The position numbers and the translations under genes were made by a program. A DNA stretch of 64,000 bases from NCBI GenBank assembly GCA_013265495.1, contig MU058687.1:3040001-3104000 (forward strand). The letters are read 5' to 3'. This document shows positions 26,201 through 43,700 of this stretch, one piece after another. Positions within the stretch are counted from its first letter, which is position 1, and each line of letters opens with the position of its first letter. The stretch is from Vicugna vicugna (taxonomy: Eukaryota). Under the pieces are notes generated by a model. The model was not told where the DNA came from and searched no databases. It was given only the letters and a program-made list of their open reading frames with translations.

Positions 26201-29039
26201 TACTTACCTCCAAGAAACCAGCTTGAGGGTGGGGACAGAATCTGTCTTGTCTGTTTATCTCCTAGAGCCCTTGCTGTTGTCCTACAGGTTCTGTAAATAT
26301 TTGCTGGATTGTGAGACAAAGTCTCAACACAGAGATTTAGAGGAGCTGAATATGAGGATATCAAGGGCTGAGATAACAGAATGTTCCTTAGGTTAAAGCT
26401 GTGGTTCTCAGCCAGGAGGGATTTTGCCTCCCCCAGGGGACTTTTTGTAACCCTCTAAGAGAAAATGATAGGAATCTCTTTCAATTTCATCCTTAGGCTT
26501 CTATTGCTTACTTATTGGGTCATCCTCCAGAGGAAGGTGGCAGAAGGATCCAATCAAACTCCTAATCTGAAGCAGTTTTGTGACCCTGAGTTGGCAGTAG
26601 AACTTGGTCTGTTGAATTTTGTTCCTGGGTACTCTTATCTTACCAAACTAAAAACACCTTGAGGGCAAAGAACATAACCTGCCCTAGAATACCAATTCTA
26701 AATTAATATTTGATTAATGGCCAATAAAAATATAAAATAAACTACTGTAAACTTTATCACAACAAGGTCACAACTTCAGACAGACAGTAAAAACTCCACA
26801 GCTAACTTAGGCAAATAAGTTAACCTCTCTCAGTTGTAGTCTGTTCTTCTGTAAAATGGGGAGGAAATGATTGTTGACCGGATTAAGTCAAATAATACAA
26901 GTAAATCTTTTTCCACCTTCTGGCACAGAGGGAATTGAATTACATTAATTACTTTGTTGCTAATAAAATAATAGTACTGTTATCACTACTATTTTATTAG
27001 CAACAAATCCTACCTCATGGGAAAGGGCTTGCTCTGGGCTACAATAACAAACTCCTATGTGATATAAAAGAAATCAACACTCACCCTGCTTTCTGAGGGT
27101 AAGAGGAAGAAGGTAACATAAGTATTTCTATCAATGTCCTGAGATGAAAAAGTGAATGCAGGATCCAATCAGAAGGGGTGGGGGTTGGGGGAGACATACT
27201 CAGAGACAAAGCTGATATCTTCCAATACATTTCTGACTATTCTCTAGACCTTTCTGCTCAAAATGCTTGAGTATGTTTGCCATAAGGATCTAAAGAGGAA
27301 GCAAAAAATAAAATCCTTAACTTATAAATATTGACACATGCAAGGGACACGTTTGAGACTTTGAGTGTTCAGCCGCTTAATCTTTCAGAATGTATGCTTA
27401 AAATTTCTATCACTATAATGTTAAACACATGCTATCAATTTGAATTTACTACAAAGCAAAAGAGTTCATGAGGAAAAAAGACGAAAATTGGTAGACTTTT
27501 TTTTTTCTTTGGTAGACGTTTCAAAGTGAAGAACATGAAGTCACAGGAAAAAGTTGAGTGATTCAAAGAGAGGTGTGTGCGTGTTAGCGTTTGACGCCAG
27601 CTGCATTAGGAAATGGGAGATATTTAGGACAGAAGTACAAGAAGGGAAATCACCATGCTGGGAAGTAAACATCCAGGAACACCTCCTCTGACAGCACATA
27701 GAGTTTCAGTGATCAAAAACAAACCTTATTCTCATAATAATAGATAACACCAGTATAGTGTGTATCTTGGGCTGGGCACCAAGTGTCTCGTACACAGCAG
27801 CTTGTGTAATCCTCCCAGCAATCTTATTAGGCAGTTACTATTAGTGCCCACATTTTACAGATAAGAAAACAAACCTAGAGAAGTTAAGTGACTTGCCCAA
27901 GTAAATTAAAGATTCAGACTCCAACCTAGGCGCCATGGCACCATGTCTACTGCCATACTGCACAGTGACTATTTTAATTTCAGAACTAGAAATTTAATTT
28001 ATACTTACTACTTAGTGAGACCAGTTCTCTCTCCCTACCCTTTTGTATTTCAAAGAAGCATCCTTTTAGTTGACTCTTGTGCGATGATCATAAGAAGGCT
28101 TGAAAGGTAAAAGTGTGATCGATAGACACTTTCGCCTTTGGACACTGACCATGAAGTAATCCACATGGAGGAACGTGGGTGGGTAGAAATGAGACAATCT
28201 CCTGAACAAGACGAGAGGGATCTCGAAGAATGAGGGAAGTCGCCAAAGTTCCTATTTCAGCCCCTATTTCTTGCCTCTGCTCTGACCGCTATGTTCATTC
28301 AAAAGACCCCAGAGCCAACCGATTCCAACTCTGCTTTTCATCTCTCTCACTCTGATAGATGGAGAGGATGGACGCGAGGCGAGGAGCGAGGGTCTATGTG
28401 CAGGGAGGCTAGAGCCAAGTGGGGTTCTGGACAGAGAGAAAGGAGAGGCTGCCTCCTCGGATCGGGGTGCAGAGGCGCGCGGAAAGGATGGGACCTGGGA
28501 CAGAGGTGAGCATCGGGGTGGGGAGCCAGAAGCAGGGGGCAGCGAGGCCGGTGGGGTCGGGCTCAGCAGCCAAGGAGTGATCAGCGGGCGTGCTGAAGCC
28601 GAAGAGGCGCCAGCGGCAGAGCAGCCCTGTCACTACCATCCGGGTTGATCTGAGAAAGGAAGCGGGGCAGGAACCAAGGCATTTCGAAACAGAAGCAGAA
28701 AATAATCTCGAGCGAAGACCAGGCCCAGGGGGTGGCAGCGGCGGGGGCAGGGATCGCGGCCCGGAGCAGGAGCAAAGGCAGGAGCTCCGCGCGTGAAGGG
28801 GCTGCCCAGACTCTCCTCCTCCGCAGGGGAGCGCAGGGCAGAGCGCGGCCGAATCCCGCACCGATGTGCGGGGCCCCGAGGCCGGGCGGCACCTAGCCGC
28901 CGGCGCCCCGGCCTTGCGTACCTGAAGCGGCCGCCTGGCTCCCCTCCACTCCCGGGCCGTCCCCGACGCCGCGCGCCGACCCTCGGCGGGCTGCGGGGCT
29001 CCAGACGCCCGGCCTCTCAGCCGTCCGCCGGTCCGACAT
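8009..29039 (-). CDS. TMED8: TMED8, GOLD-domain protein, complete spliced CDS (325 aa)
   Basis: complement(join(8009..8226,9586..9888,10103..10229,12032..12161,16778..16859,28922..29039)) = 978 nt. All introns GT-AG with consistent phases. Translation [11 protein letters not shown]...[14 protein letters not shown]...[25 protein letters not shown] matches recalled TMED8. Confidence 0.95.
8313..8520 (+). mobile_element. MER20-like hAT DNA transposon relic
   Basis: gggcatttggaaatgt...tactggcatttagtg...ccaaatgccaatagtg...tgagaaa resembles recalled MER20 consensus. Confidence 0.6.
8868..9010 (+). repeat. Poly(A) followed by (GAA/GGA)n polypurine tract
   Basis: About 140 nt of only A and G, triplet periodicity. 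Confidence 0.95.
9586..9888 (-). CDS. TMED8: TMED8 coding exon 5 (GOLD domain and acidic loop)
   Basis: cctttcag|[15 protein letters not shown]...[19 protein letters not shown]...[13 protein letters not shown]|gtaaat; 303 nt. Confidence 0.95.
10103..10229 (-). CDS. TMED8: TMED8 coding exon 4
   Basis: gtgcag|[42 protein letters not shown]|gtgaga; 127 nt. Confidence 0.93.
10413..10496 (-). mobile_element. tRNA-Ala-derived SINE (Vic-1-like)
   Basis: Reverse complement GGGGAGTGGTATAGCTCAGTGGTAGAG...CTTAGTATGCAC...ACCTCCA plus A tail; TSD ctaccaactttt at 10401-10412 and 10499-10510. Confidence 0.85.
11470..11610. mobile_element. MIR SINE fragment
   Basis: MIR core gtttccccatctgtaaaatgggg...ctcacaaggttatt. 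Confidence 0.7.
12032..12161 (-). CDS. TMED8: TMED8 coding exon 3
   Basis: [43 protein letters not shown]|gtagga; 130 nt; weak acceptor ctctgagag|. Confidence 0.85.
12925..13414 (+). mobile_element. hAT-Charlie (Charlie1-like) DNA transposon relic
   Basis: caaagtatagtctggggacccctgg...gtcaaaac... and terminal tttgagaaccactg. Confidence 0.7.
14778..14903 (+). mobile_element. L2 LINE 3' end
   Basis: tagaatgtaaactgcatgag...ctcaacaaatatagttgaa...tgaataa. Confidence 0.65.
15725..15900. mobile_element. MIR fragment
   Basis: gctgtgtgagcttggacaa...ttcctcatct...gagaattaaatgagataat. Confidence 0.6.
16778..16859 (-). CDS. TMED8: TMED8 coding exon 2
   Basis: ttttccag|..[28 protein letters not shown]..|gtaggg; 82 nt. 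Confidence 0.9.
17839..18746 (+). mobile_element. Solo ERV LTR (MER21-like)
   Basis: TG...CA termini, perfect 5-bp TSD cctct at 17834-17838 and 18747-18751, internal AATAAA near 18186. Confidence 0.85.
20555..21900 (-). mobile_element. Old L1 fragments
   Basis: T-rich degenerate L1-like sequence (e.g. ttgattttttgtgtatatggtatgtgaaataaggatcaagtttcatt). Confidence 0.6.
22578..22740 (+). mobile_element. L1 3'-end fragment
   Basis: tatattgtacaacatggggaacatagtcaatatttt...tatacttcaatttaaaaa. Confidence 0.7.
23090..23600 (-). mobile_element. Old L1 (L1ME-like) 3' region
   Basis: ccataatttatttaaccagttccctgttgatggacattta...ttgacaaactgccctcca. Confidence 0.6.
25217..25435 (+). repeat. Polypurine (GGAA/GGGA/GAAA)n tract
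   Basis: About 220 nt almost entirely A/G. Confidence 0.9.
26041..26182 (-). mobile_element. MER20 3' portion
   Basis: cagggtttctcacc...gacatttggggccagataa...gttgtgacaaccaaaaa. Confidence 0.75.
26399..26450 (+). mobile_element. MER20 5' portion in opposite orientation
   Basis: ctgtggttctcagccaggagggattttgcctcccccaggggac. Confidence 0.75.
27750..27960. mobile_element. MIR fragment
   Basis: cattttacagataagaaaac...agaagttaagtgacttgcccaag. Confidence 0.65.
28922..29039 (-). CDS. TMED8: TMED8 coding exon 1
   Basis: ATG at 29039; [39 protein letters not shown]; donor CAG|GTACGC; inside CpG island. Confidence 0.9.
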
Positions 29040-29383
29040 CTGCAGCCCGCGCGGAGAGCGCCTCTACCGCGCGCCGCCAGTGGCTCCGGAAACAGCCGAA
29101 GGCCGAGCGCGCCGGGAAGAGCCGAGCGGAGCCCGAGGGCCGGAAAGGGCAGCGCTTCGGGCCTGGAGCGGTCGCGGGAGCTCTGGCCGGCGGAGGCTGG
29201 CCACGTGGGCTCGGGGAGGGCTACTGCGTGCTTATGATCGCAGGTTTTTAAAGTCAAGGGTTGAAAGAACAAACAAAACCTGAGAAGAGTCCGTGAACCC
29301 CGGCCGGAAGTCGTGGTATCCATGGAGACGCTATCGGAAGTTGGGGTTGCTAGGAGGCCTGGGCGCGTTGGCTAATCTGCGTC

Positions 29384-37699
<8,316 letters not shown>

Positions 37700-37964
37700 G
37701 GAAAGCCATTTCACTTAGCTTGAAAATCAATCTAAATTCTGTGGGGAGAGAAGAGTGGTCTTCCTGCATTTTCTTTTTCTCCTCTTCATTCAGGGTCAAA
37801 GTTAGAACTACTGGCTCCATTCCTAGTTCTGTCACTGACTCACAGCACCTTCCCTTTATTTGTGTTTCAATTTAGTCCCTTGTTAAAACAAAGATAACAA
37901 TAGTTCTCTTTCTGGAGAAATTGTAAAAATTGTAATAATTTTTGATAAATTCTAGTAATGCATC

Positions 37965-38559
37965 TGTTAATCGGAACATGTTGGAGAAACAGAACTAAAA
38001 GTAAAATCGCCTGGCAACCCAGATATTCCTTCATAAGTGCAGAAAAAGTTTTACTATCGAATCAGCGTTAAATCAGCCTGTGATGCCCATTATAGGCAAG
38101 CCACTAAAGAGATTGCAAAGACAAGGAAATCTCACCCTTTTATATAGCCAGGCAGATAAAATCCATTATTTCCATGTTAACTGTCTGTATCCAAAGGAAA
38201 AAATAAAACTTCTCATATCTTATGACAAACAGAAAGTTACTACCTGGAACCAAGCACTTAGGCTCAACTCCCAGAGTCAGGGAGACAAAGTGTCATCCTT
38301 CCAAATGCTCACATTTCGAAGAGATGGCTCCAAGGCCCTCCCAAAAGACAGTCCTGGGATATAAAACTGGCAGGAGGCTTATTCACTTTTTTAAAAGATT
38401 TGCATACATCTCAAAAACAGAGGAAAAGGATTTAAATTACAAGTTTTCAAAAGGAAATTTTTATAAAAAAGGAGGGAGGAAGTTCTCTTTCCCTTTTGGC
38501 ATCGGAGAAAAAAATGTTTTAAAATCTTTTTATATTTGTATTTATCCTTAAATACAACA
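37965..38559 (-). mobile_element. Probable solo LTR downstream of the SAMD15 stop
   Basis: Starts tgttaa, ends near tacaaca, minus-strand TATATAAAAG near 38137-38146; TSD not clear. Confidence 0.45.
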
Positions 38560-39122
38560 TGGTTTATAGAAGTACTACTGACTATGGAGTAGAGCCTGGA
38601 GTTTGTTTACAAGGCTTTTTGTGTGGTGGCTCCAGCTCCACTTCTTAATCCTAAGAACCACTGTAGGACTACTACAATCCAGAAGGGCAATGGTATACCC
38701 TATCCAGTTCCTTACGCCTGAATGAATAGTCAAAGGAATCCATTTCTTTGCTTTTTTTTTCTCCCTACTGAGAGAAGGAACAGTGCCTTAAATTAGCATT
38801 CATACCAAGTGTCAATGTTTGATGATAGTCCAACCTGGGAAAAAATTAGGCTTAACAGAATTTTATTTCAAACCATTTAACAGCATACTTTTGAGTTTGT
38901 TTGGCTCACAAGTATGCAAAAAAGAAAAATGTAAATACTTAACCCAAGACTGTGGTAGTTTACATGTATAGTGAATGGTTTTGTTTAAAAGCACTTTAGC
39001 GTTTGGCAAACAATAGTTCTGTTCAATGACAGAATATAATCAGTGTCATACTTTCTCAACTTGATGGTCACTTATTATTTTCTACTCTATTACTATTGAC
39101 ATAAACTAATTATAAAACATGA

Positions 39123-39147
39123 AATAAATTTGCACTGTAGGAATAAA
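39123..39147 (+). terminator. Candidate SAMD15 polyadenylation signals (two AATAAA)
   Basis: AATAAA at 39123 and 39142; an earlier one lies near 38202. Confidence 0.35.
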
Positions 39148-39595
39148 ATCAATATTTCACAAAATTATTTTTAGCCATTTAACATAAATGCCAGCTATTT
39201 TTTAAAGTGGTTTTATGGTTTAAATGGGAACAGGGTTAAATAAGATAGTACCAAAACAGTCATATATAGCTGAAATAAGCATAAAATGAGTCATAATTCA
39301 AGTAAGATTGTTTACTACACTTTTGCTTTTCTATCCAAACTGGTAGGAAAATCAAACTGTATCATTTGTTGGCTACATACTGCTATAGGAAAAGAATGCT
39401 ACAGGAAAAGCATGGAACTATCTAAGAATGCCAGTATAACTTCTTGGATTTAGCTCTCAGAGGAGAAATAATTTGAATTAACACAAGGCTCTCCTGGGGA
39501 AGCAGCTTGCTTAAGTGTGTCAGGTTTTGTAGTTTCATTTACTTGCTTCCAAAAACCAGACACACCCAAACACACTGATGTAAAGGATGTCTTAT

Positions 39596-39601
39596 TTTAT
39601 T
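39596..39601 (-). terminator. Candidate NOXRED1 polyadenylation signal AATAAA
   Basis: tttatt on + strand, about 150 nt downstream of the stop. Confidence 0.55.
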
Positions 39602-39749
39602 GTACATTTTAAAGAGCCATCAGTACAATTTTCTAATTCCTTATTGTCTAACATACGGCAAACACCATACATAACTTCCACTGTCAATTGTGATAATCAG
39701 GGTACAACCATTGTAGAAGGAGAAATCCTGACTCCTGAGGTCTGGTCTC

Positions 39750-39930
39750 TTACTGCGATAGAGAGCCCTTGGAAACCTCTGTTGGCTGTTGTTCTTTGGT
39801 TAGGGAGATGCCAAATGAATCACAATATAGATGGGTAAGATGGTCCTGGAGAGCAGTGCTGTTTGAGAGATACTGGCTAAAGGGAGTTTCTTTGAGTTGC
39901 ACAGCAGTCAGATCAAACCAGGGGAAAGGC
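39750..39930 (-). CDS. NOXRED1: NOXRED1 last coding exon
   Basis: actccag|[22 protein letters not shown]...GSLSQ TAA. Confidence 0.92.
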
Positions 39931-40699
39931 CTGGAGTAGGAAAAAAATACTGTTACTTTTTTATGTCTGTTCAATACATATGATTTTGCCATTAAACACT
40001 TCCTTTAAAGAAAGTTTTCCTCCACTTGGAAATAAGGTTCTTCATTTTCTATATCAAACTAATTAAAATTCATGGTTAAATTAAAAATTCAGCTGGAGCT
40101 ATTCAGTATGTCAATTTAATTGTACTTACGAGTTTTCACATTTTTGTATAATTCTCTAAGTGCATTTGGAAAGGAATTCATAATTAGAGAATGATTATGA
40201 TAATGAAATTGACATCCTTTTCAGTATATTTTCCTTGAATTCAGTAAGAATATATAAGAGGATCATGGACATTAGGAATGTTAAAGACCTCATTTCTTTT
40301 ACGCTATCTTCTTTTTAAAAAAAGATATCCTCTTCAATTGTATAGAAAAAGAAGTAGAAGTTAATATGCAAGTAAAAATGAGGCAGTTAAGTATTAGTCT
40401 CTAGTGGAATTCAATTAAAAAGCATTAAGACATAGGGTTTTATAGTGCTAAAATGATCAGGAGTGAGGCAAGGATATCTGCTGTCACCACACTTATCCAA
40501 CATACTACTGGAAGTTGTAGCCAGTGCAATAAGGCATAAGAAAATAAAAGGCATAAAGATTGGAAAGGAAGAAATGAAACTGTACCTATTTATAGATGAC
40601 ATGAATGTCTATGTAGAAGATCCAAAAGAATCTACAAAAAATCTAGAATAAATGAGTTCAAGGTTGCAGGATATAAAATATACAAAAATCAACTGTATG

Positions 40700-40751
<52 letters not shown>

Positions 40752-43700
40752 AATATATATATATATATATATATATGTAATGAACATTTGAGCACCAAAA
40801 TTAAAAATGTAATTCCTTTCACACACACACAAAGCAGAATACTTAGGTGTAAATCTAACAAAGCATATATAGGACTTGCATACTGAAAACTACAAAATGC
40901 TGATGAAATAAATCAAAGAAGATCTATACAAATAGAGAGACATACTGTGTACATGGATGGGAAAACTCAACATTATAAAGATGTCAATTCTCCACAAATT
41001 GAGCTATAGATATAATGGTAAAACAAAAATTAGTGATAATACCAAATACTGGTGAGGATGCAGAGAAACTAAATCAAACATTGCTAGTGATGTAAAAGGA
41101 TACAACTACTTTGAAAAGCAGTTTGGCAGTGTCTTAAAAAAATAAACATGCAACCACCTTATGACGTAGTCATTGCACACCAGAGCATTTGTGCCAGAGA
41201 AATTAAAACTTATGTTTACACAAAAACCTATACATGAATATTCATATTATCTTTATTCAAAATAGCCCCAAACTAGAAACATCCCAGATGTCCTTCAACA
41301 GGTGAGTGATTAAACAAACTATGGTACATACATGCCACGAATAGTACTCAGCAATAAAAAGGAATAAACTATTGATGCACACAGCAACTTGGATGAATCT
41401 CCAGAGCATTATGCTGAATGAAAAAGACCAATCCCCAAAGGTTGCATAATATATGATTCCATTTATATAACATTCTTGAAATGACAAAATCATAAAAATG
41501 GAGAACAGTTCCATGGTTGTCAAGTTGGGGAGGAGGGGCCAACATGAAAGATTTCTAGTTATAGAACTGTTCTGTATCTTGACTGTATCAGTGTCAATAT
41601 CCTGGTTGTGGTATTGTACTATAGTTTTACAATGCCTATATGTAGATACTGTACTATGGTTTGTACCATTGGGGGAAACTGGATAAATGGGTTCCTGGGA
41701 TTTCTTTGTATGATTTCTTAACAACTATATGTAAGTTAAAAAATGTTTTTTAGAAGAGGGGAATATACAATTAAAAGGTATAATCCACTAAGAAGATAGT
41801 AAAATTATGAACTGTTCATCAGATGATATGGCTTCAAACTTTATAAAAACAAAGATTAGAAAACTAAAAATAGACTTACTACAGGATCCAGCCATCCCAC
41901 TCCTGGGCATGTATTTGAAGAAAATTAATTTGAAAAAATATATGTACCCCATTGTTGAAAGCAGCACTACTTACAATAGCCAAGACATGGAAGCAACCTA
42001 AGTGTCCACCAAAAGATGACTGGATAAAGAAGATGTGGTATGCACTTATACATACATATATACACAATGGAATATTACTCAGCCATAAAAAAGAATGAAA
42101 TAATGCCATTTACAGCAACATGGATGGACCTAAAGATTATCATATTAAGTGAAGTAAGTCAGACAAAGACAAATGTCATATGACATCACTTATATGTGAA
42201 ATCTAAAAAAAGATACAAATTTTATTTATAAACCAGAAATAGATTCACAGACATAGAAAATGAACTTACAGTTACCAGGAGGGAAAGGTAGGGGAGGGAT
42301 ACATTAGGAGTTTGGAACTGACAGAAAGAGATACACACTACTATATATAAAATAGATAAACAACAAGGTCCTACTGTATAACACAGGGAACTATATTCAA
42401 TACCTTGTAATAGCCTATAATGAAAAAGAACATGAAAAAATATATATACATATGTATAACTGAATCACTGTGCTGTACACCAGAAACTAACACAACATTG
42501 TAAATTAACTATACTTCAATAACAGAAAAATAGACCCACATCATGACACATACAATTTCAGGATACTGAGGTCAAAAGGTCCTAGCTTCCTGAGAGAAAA
42601 GAAACAAGTTTCAGACAAAGCATGAATTGAAGAATTAGAATGGCACTGTACCTCTCAACAGCAACTCTAAAAGCTAAAAGACGATGGAGAAATGCCTTCA
42701 AAATTCTGAGGGAAAATGACTTCTAACCTAGATTCTACACCTGGCTATATTGTCAATAAAATGTTAGGTTAAAAACATTTTCAGACATAGTGTCTAAAAA
42801 TTACTTCCTATGCAGCCTTTTCTAAGGAAGTACTGGAGGAGGACATATTCTATCATAATGAAGAAATAAACCAAGCCAGAGGAAGAGGTATATAGGAAAA
42901 AAAGATCCAACACAAGAGATAGGTGAAGGGAATCCCAGGATAAGGGGGAAGGAAAATTCCCAAACTGAAAGTGTATCACAGGCCATTGGTGATTAATTAG
43001 AATACAACACATAAGAGAGGGGGAAGGTCAAGGTTTACTTCCAGGGTTCTGGCTGGAACAGCTCGGGGAAGGAGCATGTGCTTAGATAAGAAATACTGGA
43101 GGAGCAGGCATGAGAGCAGGTGTGCTTTTGGGCAAGCTGAGTTTTGGTGGAGATGGTGAGTATGACCTTACCTGGGCACCAAATTGACACCTAGGCTAGA
43201 GACATAGAGTCACGTGCTGTCAGAGTGGAAATGGCAACCTAAGTCCCCAAGGGAAAACGATCACCCAGGAACAAAGTGTAGAATGAAAAGAAAAGGCCTG
43301 GGACAGAGTCCTGAAAACTCCCAGACTTAAGGGTGGGGCAGAAGACGAGCGGGCAAAGGAGGGACTGGAGGAGCAGGAGGAAAACGAAGACAATGTGAGG
43401 GTTTCATGGAAACCAAGAGAAGTGATGGCTTCAAGAAGGATGGTGTGTTCAATAGCCAAGGAAGAAAAGGATTTTACAATGTCTAGTGAATTTAGTGACA
43501 TGGAAGTAACAAGAGCAACAGGCTTTTTCCTCCTCTGGATCAGCTAGCCTCCTGTTCTTGGAGGTGTACTTTTCCGTTCCTAAATAAATCCTTTAAAAGT
43601 GTTTGCTACACAAAAGAAAAAGAAAAAGAAAAAGCAATGATTTGTCCCTATTAGATTATTAAAGATTAAAAAGAATGATCTAGTAGTTATCAAGCTATAC

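Larger units (their letters stand above)
25836..26579 (+). repeat. 129-bp direct duplication (25836-25964 and 26451-26579)
   Basis: Copies identical except one C/T (25870 vs 26485); offset 615 bp. Confidence 0.95.

Noticed and set aside
25850..26662. Two ORFs sharing an identical 38-aa N-terminus (MIGISFNF...)
   Set aside because: By-product of the 129-bp duplication; no splice or homology support.
28409..29323. 304-aa and other overlapping ORFs across the CpG island
   Set aside because: Stop-poor GC-rich sequence; the real TMED8 exon 1 is a 118-nt piece with its own donor, and the ORFs have no recognisable domain.
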